Below, one piece after another: positions 9,752 through 16,173 of a stretch of 35,867 bases of DNA. The notes under the pieces were generated by a model. That model searched no databases. It was not told the DNA's origin and saw nothing but the letters and a program-made list of their open reading frames with translations. The DNA lies in IMG/VR virus record IMGVR_UViG_3300032257_000065, positions 1 through 35,867 of that record. The stretch is one strand, 5' to 3'. The DNA comes from a virus (taxonomy: Duplodnaviria; Caudoviricetes). Each line of letters opens with the position of its first letter. Position 1 is the first letter of the stretch. Both the position numbers and the translations under genes were made by a program.

Positions 9752-10499
9752 ATATTTCCTCCTGTAATTTTTTAGACTGTGATATTAGCTGTTTTAATGA
9801 TAATTTAGGGTGTTCAAAAGGTTCACTTTTAAAAGGCTTAATGATGTATTCTACAAAACCTGAATCCAGATTGTAAGATCCACCGATAAAAGCATCAAAA
9901 CCGCTATGACATATATGGTCTCTACTATACACCGGACTAGTATCTAATGTATCCTTTAGTTTTGGGAAAGAATGTTTAAGATCGTTTAGACTTATGCCGC
10001 AAAGTCCGTTTAAAAAACCATGACCTCCTTTCATTTTAGTGTACGTTTTGTCATTTTTATTGAAATTAGCCCCTACTAGTATAGCCAATGATGGACGTAT
10101 ACCTCCAGATATAAGGTCACGTACAGTCGACACCCAGCGTTCTCCATTCTCGATAAAGAAACGAACCACATAGAGCATAAAAATATTAACCATAGGACGA
10201 TTATCATTTACCTCTATGTATCTATCAAAGATAGAATTATACGAGTCCTCACCTACAGCTATGCAGTACCTGTCTAAGTACCCAAAATCATCAAGTATTT
10301 TACGTATTAGTTCGATATCTTTTAGATGCAGAGACTCTAGGCTTACCTTAATATTCTTAATATCAGAGAACTTGTACCGTGAAATTGCCCTCATACCTTG
10401 TAATGCTGCATAGCATGGGGCATTTTTAAAGACCTCTTCAAGGGTTCCACCATTAGCTTCCCTAAGCCTACGTTCTACTGTGTAATCTATATATGCCAT
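9744..10499 (-). CDS. hypothetical protein heading the amidoligase cluster
   Basis: 251 aa, GAGG RBS, overlaps the next gene by 8 nt. Confidence 0.8.
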   Translation of the reverse strand: MAYIDYTVERRLREANGGTLEEVFKNAPCYAALQGMRAISRYKFSDIKNIKVSLESLHLKDIELIRKILDDFGYLDRYCIAVGEDSYNSIFDRYIEVNDNRPMVNIFMLYVVRFFIENGERWVSTVRDLISGGIRPSLAILVGANFNKNDKTYTKMKGGHGFLNGLCGISLNDLKHSFPKLKDTLDTSPVYSRDHICHSGFDAFIGGSYNLDSGFVEYIIKPFKSEPFEHPKLSLKQLISQSKKLQEEIYG

Positions 10500-10511
10500 G
10501 ATTTAGTCCTC

Positions 10512-11000
10512 TTACAATAGAAATTTATGTACAGCGTACAGTTCAGGCCAGAACATACCTACCCAAGCCCATAGATTGAATATCCCTATAACCGCTACTA
10601 CTGCTAAACAGCAGGATGTAATATATCCTAAAAATACAAACATCACAGTATCACCATCCCAGTTATCCTCCTCTATTTTCTTCGATAGAGAAAGCGCTCC
10701 TTTGTAAAAAAGAACAGACAATATGGTATATATTAAGTAAGGGATTAACTCACTGATAGCCTCAATACGTAGTACATTAAGGCCTAGCGCAGCTACATCA
10801 CCACCATATTGTTCAATAATCTTCTGAGCAGCACCAAAATAGCCCTCCATTTTATCAAATGTAAAAGCTACTACATCATTAGTCTTATCTAAGACCTGAG
10901 TAGCCTGCTCTGCAACCACCTTTGCCCCTTCTTGAGCTTCAATTGCTGTATTTTTTACAGCCTCAAGGGACTGCTCCACCTTTTCTATCTCTTCTTTCAT
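10512..11000 (-). CDS. membrane protein (helical N-terminus, two or more TM segments)
   Basis: GGAG RBS; hydrophobic segments in the C-terminal half. Confidence 0.8.
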   Translation of the reverse strand: MKEEIEKVEQSLEAVKNTAIEAQEGAKVVAEQATQVLDKTNDVVAFTFDKMEGYFGAAQKIIEQYGGDVAALGLNVLRIEAISELIPYLIYTILSVLFYKGALSLSKKIEEDNWDGDTVMFVFLGYITSCCLAVVAVIGIFNLWAWVGMFWPELYAVHKFLL

Positions 11001-11031
11001 GGTATATCTCCGGTTGATTGTAAAATATATT

Positions 11032-11058
11032 GAACTTTCTTTAATAAAAGCTGTCCAA
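11032..11058 (+). promoter_or_regulatory. RpoE/AlgU (sigmaE)-type promoter, antisense to the early genes
   Basis: GAACTT-N16-TCCAA; shares flanks (AAAATA.ATTGAACTTT...TGTCYAATAC) with the copy at 13787. Confidence 0.7.
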
Positions 11059-11068
11059 TACCTTAAAA

Positions 11069-11117
11069 AGCCTTAAAGTGTAGCCTCCCAAGCCTCCCAA
11101 GCCTTCAAAGCCATAAG
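11069..11117 (+). repeat. short 9-bp repeats (AGCCTCCCA x2, AGCCTTCAA, AGCCATAAG, AGCCTTAAA)
   Basis: Read directly; intergenic, just downstream of the sigmaE-type promoter. Confidence 0.7.
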
Positions 11118-11180
11118 GTGTAGGTCACCATCCACATCATGATGCATTGGCTGGTAACTTTAATTTATCATTAGAATTAC

Positions 11181-11408
11181 TCATAAGCCTACAGCCTCCA
11201 TACCTTCCATCATATTCTGATGTACGATATCCTTACTGTTAATGTCCTGAACATAGCCTTTAAGACCGTCTTTAAGCCTATTAACAGCTACTTTCTTACT
11301 GGGAGTTACTTGACCCTTAGTGTACGTGAAAGTAGCCCCATATTCATCTTTAGTGTAGATGAAAGTCTCATATAGAGTCTTTTTTACCTTCTGAATAGCC
11401 ATAATCAC
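11181..11408 (-). CDS. early hypothetical protein
   Basis: 75 aa, GGAG RBS, start/stop overlap with upstream gene. Confidence 0.7.
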   Translation of the reverse strand: MIMAIQKVKKTLYETFIYTKDEYGATFTYTKGQVTPSKKVAVNRLKDGLKGYVQDINSKDIVHQNMMEGMEAVGL

Positions 11409-11632
11409 ATACTCCAGAGGGTAATAGAGATAAACAAGAATGTTAAAGTCAAGAATATAGACCTTAAATACCCTGAATAGTGATACTCTGACTCATGATA
11501 GTCAACATCACCACGATATTGTAAACTTTCCTTATAGGCATTGTACGCTGCAATAGTGTACAGGAAAGCTACAACCGTAACTCCTGAGAAACAAATAGCC
11601 GCAGCTATAGTCAAAAATGTAATAATATTCAT
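11405..11632 (-). CDS. small two-TM membrane protein
   Basis: GGGGAG RBS; two hydrophobic helices. Confidence 0.7.
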   Translation of the reverse strand: MNIITFLTIAAAICFSGVTVVAFLYTIAAYNAYKESLQYRGDVDYHESEYHYSGYLRSIFLTLTFLFISITLWSM

Positions 11633-11662
11633 ATTGATTTACTCCCCTACGCAGTAGGTTAT

Positions 11663-11746
11663 TTATTGAGTTAATAAAACGACTACTGCCAGTACCACTA
11701 CAGTACAGACAATAGCCAGAAAACTAGCTAGAAAATATACTTTCAT
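11663..11746 (-). CDS. 27-aa single-TM peptide (MKVYFLASFLAIVCTVVVLAVVVLLTQ)
   Basis: Manual translation; AGGTGA RBS; fills the gap between neighbours; below ORF-track cutoff. Confidence 0.6.
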   Translation of the reverse strand: MKVYFLASFLAIVCTVVVLAVVVLLTQ

Positions 11747-11753
11747 ACATCAC

Positions 11754-11969
11754 CTATACCTTCGTAGTCTTTGGCTGACGACGCATACGAGGTACGGTAT
11801 GGCCATGATTACCAATATGATCAACGCCACGAGAGATAACATAACGAGCACTATCGCCACTATTAAGATTGTCTCTAAAAACCTTCGCCTCTTCTTTATT
11901 GTTGAAGTCAGGCGAACATTCACTTCTTTTACCAGTTTTTGTATCCTTTACATAAAATAAACGCTTCAT
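11754..11969 (-). CDS. small basic early protein
   Basis: GGAGG RBS before ATG at 11969 (MKRLFY...), preferred over the GTG at 11984. Confidence 0.7.
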   Translation of the reverse strand: MKRLFYVKDTKTGKRSECSPDFNNKEEAKVFRDNLNSGDSARYVISRGVDHIGNHGHTVPRMRRQPKTTKV

Positions 11970-12003
11970 AGTTTTATCCTCCACGTAGTTGCACTATAGA
12001 CAG

Positions 12004-12073
12004 CCTATAATACATACAATAAAAAACCCTATAAATCATAGACTTATAAGGCTTTTGATGTATATACTACAGG
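12004..12073 (-). terminator. long imperfect RNA hairpin: intrinsic terminator and/or RNase III-type site
   Basis: Minus strand: outer stem CCUGUAGUAUAUACA/UGUAUGUAUUAUAGG, internal loop, inner stem AAGCCUUAUAAGUC/GAUUUAUAGGGUUU followed by U-run; several G-U pairs. Confidence 0.65.
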
Positions 12074-12085
12074 TTATTAGAAGTA

Positions 12086-12583
12086 TTATGCTTCCAGTGC
12101 TAGCATAGCAGTAGTAAGGTGCTCCACTAGCGCAGGTGCATTATTTTCTCGTGCAATTTCACGACGTTTATTAAGGTAAGCAATAGCGCTTTTGGTAGCT
12201 TTAGCCTCGTCAAACTCAGGCTCCCCTTTACCGTTATTATCTGCCCACTCCACCCAAGTGCTTAAGCTGTGGAATTCTTTAGGTAAAGTTTTCATCTTAC
12301 CAGCTTTAGTGTATGAATTAGTATTACTGTCATACACCGCACCAGTGAAATGCGTTAAAAAGCTACGCAAGGCATTAACTCGAATACCTCTACGGGTTCT
12401 GGCATAGGTCAAACTCTTATTAAGATATGCTATATTCTTTTTATGTTTCCAGAATAGAGCTATAGCGCCAATTGTCAGCACTGTATCATCGTCATTATTT
12501 TGCTTGGCTGTCTGGAATTGACGACCTAAAGCAGCCATAAACGTATCATGATCGTAGTCTATGTTTTTAATTGTGTTGTTCAT
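12086..12583 (-). CDS. first leftward (early) gene, hypothetical, 165 aa
   Basis: AAAGGTGA RBS before ATG at 12583 (MNNTIK...); the upstream extension to 12646 lacks an RBS. Confidence 0.8.
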   Translation of the reverse strand: MNNTIKNIDYDHDTFMAALGRQFQTAKQNNDDDTVLTIGAIALFWKHKKNIAYLNKSLTYARTRRGIRVNALRSFLTHFTGAVYDSNTNSYTKAGKMKTLPKEFHSLSTWVEWADNNGKGEPEFDEAKATKSAIAYLNKRREIARENNAPALVEHLTTAMLALEA

Positions 12584-12856
12584 AATATTCACCTTTCTAT
12601 AGGTTATTAATAGGAATGTATTATATGTACTTAAACATAAGCACATACTGATAAACTCATATTATATTTAGAATATGACCATTTAAGCCCACGGCAAGCC
12701 CCTGCAATATCGGGAGTTACTACCTTCTCTCTACTTACGCGCCCAAAGGTTGCCACTATTACAACAGTTGTTAACTGTATTTGGTCATTTACTAGTTACT
12801 GTATTGTATGGCTATAACTATTAGCGTATTGATAGTATATTAGCGTTTGCTTAAAT

Positions 12857-12875
12857 GATAATGATTCTCATTCGC
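12857..12875. promoter_or_regulatory. Fur box 1
   Basis: GATAATGATTCTCATTCGC, 15/19 to GATAATGATAATCATTATC; 7-1-7 form TGATAAT-G-ATTCTCA is 13/14. Confidence 0.7.
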
Positions 12876-13027
12876 ATTGACTAACTATCGCAACAAGCCC
12901 GTATACAGTGCCTTATCTCGCGTCTATTCTTATGCATGGTTTAATCGTACCACTGGTATAGATACCGCTGACGAACTACGCTGACTAAAGAACATGCCTC
13001 AAGGGGCTAGTCAGTTGCTGAATATGT

Positions 13028-13044
13028 TGCATATGCTATGCCAA
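13028..13044 (-). promoter_or_regulatory. sigma54 -24/-12 box 1 (leftward, towards early genes)
   Basis: Minus strand TTGGCATAGCATATGCA, GG-N10-GC. Confidence 0.7.
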
Positions 13045-13084
13045 CTTTAAGTATTATCCCTTTTATTTATTTATTCCCCTTTAG

Positions 13085-13097
13085 AATCAATGACTTA
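13085..13097 (+). promoter_or_regulatory. IHF site 1
   Basis: AATCAATGACTTA, exact WATCAANNNNTTR, with an upstream T/A tract. Confidence 0.7.
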
Positions 13098-13122
13098 CAG
13101 CGATATATCTACTTTTATCACA

Positions 13123-13139
13123 TTGGCATAACTTTTGCA
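13123..13139 (+). promoter_or_regulatory. sigma54 box 2
   Basis: TTGGCATAACTTTTGCA. Confidence 0.8.
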
Positions 13140-13144
13140 TACAG

Positions 13145-13277
13145 TGTACAATTTTGTCCATTTTATACCCATATTGTACATATTGTACAATGCTAATATA
13201 CTAATATAGAGCTATGTCATTGATTTATATAGTATATAAGTATATTAGAATTGTCCATATTGTACAATTTATGTATA
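13145..13277. repeat. two clusters of phased TGT(A/C)CA repeats
   Basis: Copies at 13145, 13155, 13175, 13184 and 13252, 13261 (TGTATA at 13272); about 10-bp phasing. Confidence 0.75.
13213..13225 (-). promoter_or_regulatory. IHF site 2
   Basis: Minus strand AATCAATGACATA, one mismatch to consensus; inverted near-copy of site 1. Confidence 0.55.
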
Positions 13278-13320
13278 TTTTTATTGCCTATATATAGTGT
13301 AAATATAAACACATATTATA

Positions 13321-13337
13321 TTGGCATTATTATTGCA
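13321..13337 (+). promoter_or_regulatory. sigma54 box 3
   Basis: TTGGCATTATTATTGCA. Confidence 0.8.
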
Positions 13338-13360
13338 TGTCTTGATAGCCTATTGCGGTG

Positions 13361-13377
13361 CTGGCACGATTGTTGCA
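13361..13377 (+). promoter_or_regulatory. sigma54 box 4
   Basis: CTGGCACGATTGTTGCA, full match to YTGGCACGRNNNTTGCW. Confidence 0.9.
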
Positions 13378-13438
13378 TGGTACTATAAAGGGTATTAATG
13401 GTGACTATCACTTATATTTATACCATATTTCTGTATTA

Positions 13439-13455
13439 TTGGCATATTTCTTGCT
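13439..13455 (+). promoter_or_regulatory. sigma54 box 5
   Basis: TTGGCATATTTCTTGCT. Confidence 0.8.
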
Positions 13456-13461
13456 TTAAAT

Positions 13462-13480
13462 GAGAATGATTATCATTATC
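13462..13480. promoter_or_regulatory. Fur box 2
   Basis: GAGAATGATTATCATTATC, 17/19 to consensus; covers the predicted +1 (about 13466) of sigma54 box 5. Confidence 0.85.
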
Positions 13481-13593
13481 GATGGGGGGAGGGGGCTGGA
13501 CTCTATTAAAAAAATCCTATTATAACACCTAGCTACAAAAAACGTGATTTTGAGTATTAAAAAACAGGGATATAGAACTATATAGACTATACA

Positions 13594-13606
13594 TAACTAC
13601 TTGATT
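13594..13606 (-). promoter_or_regulatory. IHF site 3
   Basis: Minus strand AATCAAGTAGTTA, exact WATCAANNNNTTR. Confidence 0.6.
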
Positions 13607-13786
13607 CTACTAGGTTTTTAGGTCTGAAAGCAGTTATTAAATAATACCCTAAAGAACTCAGTAATACCTACCTACCTTACTATCTTTATAACCATATCTC
13701 TTTGTCTTTCTCTGGTAATCCTTACCCCTTGTGGGTAAAACGGAAATTAAAAAGACTAAAGAATGAAAATAATTTGAAAATAAATT

Positions 13787-13813
13787 GAACTTTTTGCTTT
13801 TTTTATTGTCTAA
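13787..13813 (+). promoter_or_regulatory. RpoE/AlgU (sigmaE)-type promoter upstream of the packaging/structural operon
   Basis: GAACTT-N16-TCTAA with an A-rich upstream element. Confidence 0.75.
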
Positions 13814-13946
13814 TACGTATATTACTTTTATATTAATTAAAAAGAAAATAATAATAAAAATATAAGGATATAAGGAAAGTAGGTATTAAAAGTATTAAAG
13901 AATATACCAGAACTATATAGATATATACAACAATGAGCGTATACGT

Positions 13947-14072
13947 ATGAAATCTTCAAATAAAGCAGCTATGACTGTAAGAAGTATGTTTGGTGGTATG
14001 TTAGGTAAAGCTATCACAAAGACTAAAGAAAGTAAAATTAAGAGACAAGGTAATAAAAAGACCAAAAAGTAA
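13947..14072 (+). CDS. 41-aa lysine-rich peptide (MKSSNKAAMTVRSMFGGMLGKAITKTKESKIKRQGNKKTKK)
   Basis: Manual translation; ends 6 nt before terS; weak RBS. Confidence 0.5.
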   Translation: MKSSNKAAMTVRSMFGGMLGKAITKTKESKIKRQGNKKTKK

Positions 14073-14078
14073 ATAATA

Positions 14079-14453
14079 ATGACTGAGCTTACTGACACCA
14101 AATTTAAAAAGGGTACTTCTGGTAATAAAAGAGGTAGGCCTAAAGGTGCTAAGAATAAGAAAACTGAACTACAAGAGATACTTGTATCTAAATCAAGTGA
14201 ATTGATGGTTCAGAACCTTAATAAGGTAGTATCTGTAGTTATTCAGAAAGCAGAGGAAGGTGATCTAACTGCTGCTAAGATGATTTTAGACCGTCTAATC
14301 CCAGTTAAGAAAGCTGTAGAGATTAATGCAGGTAAACTAGGGAATGGTGGTATTACAATCAATATAGAGAAACTAACAACCAACCCTCATCTATCTGGAA
14401 AAGACCTAGAAGAAGGTGAAGATGGTACTTTTGAAGAAGTAGAGCAAATATGA
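14079..14453 (+). CDS. terS: terminase small subunit (DUF5681-like N-terminus)
   Basis: FKKGTSGNKRGRPKGAKNK motif, A..GD..AAK.ILDR..P, position upstream of TerL. Confidence 0.8.
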   Translation: MTELTDTKFKKGTSGNKRGRPKGAKNKKTELQEILVSKSSELMVQNLNKVVSVVIQKAEEGDLTAAKMILDRLIPVKKAVEINAGKLGNGGITINIEKLTTNPHLSGKDLEEGEDGTFEEVEQI

Positions 14454-14695
14454 GTACTAAACAGAAGGACATCTACTGGTTTGGACATGGCCGTTTAAGA
14501 GACTATTCTTCTCCTCAAGAGCTTAAAAGGGCTCATAGAAAGAAATTAAGAGAACATAACAGTACTGCATGGTCGCCTATCTATAAATCAAGTAGATGGC
14601 AGAATACAGGTTGGACATATTACTGTAAGTTGTATGGTGAACCTTTTGAACACCTAAATTCACTACAGTATTCTAAAGCATTATATGGGAATTAA
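14450..14695 (+). CDS. hypothetical basic/aromatic protein
   Basis: ATGA overlap with terS. Confidence 0.55.
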   Translation: MSTKQKDIYWFGHGRLRDYSSPQELKRAHRKKLREHNSTAWSPIYKSSRWQNTGWTYYCKLYGEPFEHLNSLQYSKALYGN

Positions 14696-14700
14696 ATACA

Positions 14701-14883
14701 ATGGCTGATATGAAAGCAAGAAACCAGAAAGGTAGTCGTATTGGCTCGACTGGCTCTAAACCTAGTGTACAGAATCCACCTAAAGTAGCTACTATCCAGA
14801 AGGGTAAGGCTAGAAGCAGTGACTGTGCATGTATTACAGGTTCAAATACTGGTAAAGTACAGAAAGAGCCGACTATAAAATAA
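14701..14883 (+). CDS. small basic hypothetical protein
   Basis: 60 aa, fills the gap before terL. Confidence 0.6.
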   Translation: MADMKARNQKGSRIGSTGSKPSVQNPPKVATIQKGKARSSDCACITGSNTGKVQKEPTIK

Positions 14884-14895
14884 ATAGGTACATAA

Positions 14896-16173
14896 ATGTC
14901 TGATTTAAACTTCTCTCTACACGAGAAGCAATTAGAGATTTTCAATTCCGATGCTCGATTCAAGGTATGTGCTGCAGGTAGACGAGGAGGTAAATCCTAC
15001 TTATCCGCTGTAACACTCCTTCTGAAAGGACTTGAAGAGACTAATCGCTGGGGTTACCCCCTAAAAGGTAAAGAGGTGTGGTATGTAGCACCTACCTTCC
15101 AACAAGGGAAGGATATCATGTGGAATCTCCTTAAAGATATAGGGGAGAAAGTGATTAAGCAAGCACATGAGAATACAGCACGTTTAACCCTTATAAATGG
15201 ACGTACTATCCAAATTAAGGGATCAGATAGACCAGACACCTTACGTGGTGTAGCTATCTCTTACGTGGTAATGGATGAATATGCGTTTATGAAGCCAGAA
15301 GTATGGGATCTTATAATAAGTCCTACACTAGCTGACGTAGAGGGAGATGCCTTATTTATAGGAACTCCTGATGGTAAGAACCACTTCTATGAGTTGTGGG
15401 TTCAAGGCCATAAACTAGACGAATGGGAATCTTTCTCCTTTAATAGCATGGATAATCCCATGATATCTCAGAAGGAAATAGAGAAAGCCCGTGGTCGTAT
15501 GTCAGCAGACGCATTTAGACAAGAATTTGAGGCTTCATTCTCCTCTGGTGGTGGGGGTTCGTTTAAGGAAAGTATGTTCCAATATGCTACCTCAAGCCCT
15601 GAAGCAGGAGATATATACATAGCAGTAGATCCAGCAGGTTTTGGTACTGGAACTGGTATGGTTAAATCAGCAATGAGTCGTCTAGATGAGATGGCTATAG
15701 CAGTAGTAGAAGTTTCTCCTTCTGGCTGGTTTGTACATGATATGATACATGGTAGATGGGGTGTACGAGAGGCCAGTCTACAGGTTATAAAGGCAGCTCA
15801 GAAGTATAGACCTCGTTGTGTAGGAATAGAAGGTGGCTCATTAAAGAATGCAATGGGCGACTACTTACATGATCAGATGCGTAGGCTTAATATATATCCT
15901 CGTATCGAGACTCTTACTCATGGTGGTAAGAAGAAGACTGAAAGAATAACATGGGCTCTTCAGGGGCGTTTCGAGCACGGTCGTATTATCTTTAAAGAAG
16001 ATGCACCTTGGCTTAAGAAGCTTACTGATCAGCTCTTAGATTTTCCAAACCCAATGTCCCATGATGATCTCCCGGACGCTCTTGCGTACATAGATCAACT
16101 TGCAGATGTCGTCTATGCAGATGATTTCGAAGAAGAGACATGGGAACCTCTTGACCCAATGGCAGGATTTTAA
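14896..16173 (+). CDS. terL: terminase large subunit
   Basis: AAGRRGGKS Walker A, YVAPT, LRG...VVMDEYA Walker B, FIGTPDGKNHFY, FRQEFEASF, AVDPAG, HDDLPDALAY nuclease motifs. Confidence 0.97.
   Translation: MSDLNFSLHEKQLEIFNSDARFKVCAAGRRGGKSYLSAVTLLLKGLEETNRWGYPLKGKEVWYVAPTFQQGKDIMWNLLKDIGEKVIKQAHENTARLTLINGRTIQIKGSDRPDTLRGVAISYVVMDEYAFMKPEVWDLIISPTLADVEGDALFIGTPDGKNHFYELWVQGHKLDEWESFSFNSMDNPMISQKEIEKARGRMSADAFRQEFEASFSSGGGGSFKESMFQYATSSPEAGDIYIAVDPAGFGTGTGMVKSAMSRLDEMAIAVVEVSPSGWFVHDMIHGRWGVREASLQVIKAAQKYRPRCVGIEGGSLKNAMGDYLHDQMRRLNIYPRIETLTHGGKKKTERITWALQGRFEHGRIIFKEDAPWLKKLTDQLLDFPNPMSHDDLPDALAYIDQLADVVYADDFEEETWEPLDPMAGF

Noticed and set aside
12057-12072. TGTATATACTACAG as a LexA box
   Set aside because: Lacks CTG-N10-CAG; better explained as an arm of the RNA hairpin.
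12584-12646. 21-aa N-terminal extension of the first early gene
   Set aside because: The strong RBS sits before ATG 12583; none precedes 12646.
12620-12690. Two minus-strand TATAAT hexamers as sigma70 promoters
   Set aside because: No convincing -35 at 17 bp and no TG extension; not called, though not excluded.
13401-13412. GTGA-CTA-TCAC palindrome as a CRP/FNR site
   Set aside because: Spacer is 3 nt rather than 6; half-sites incomplete.
13028-13455. Repeated TTGGCA...TTGC units as a CRISPR array
   Set aside because: Units are 17 bp with variable cores, irregular spacing and mixed orientation; no cas genes.
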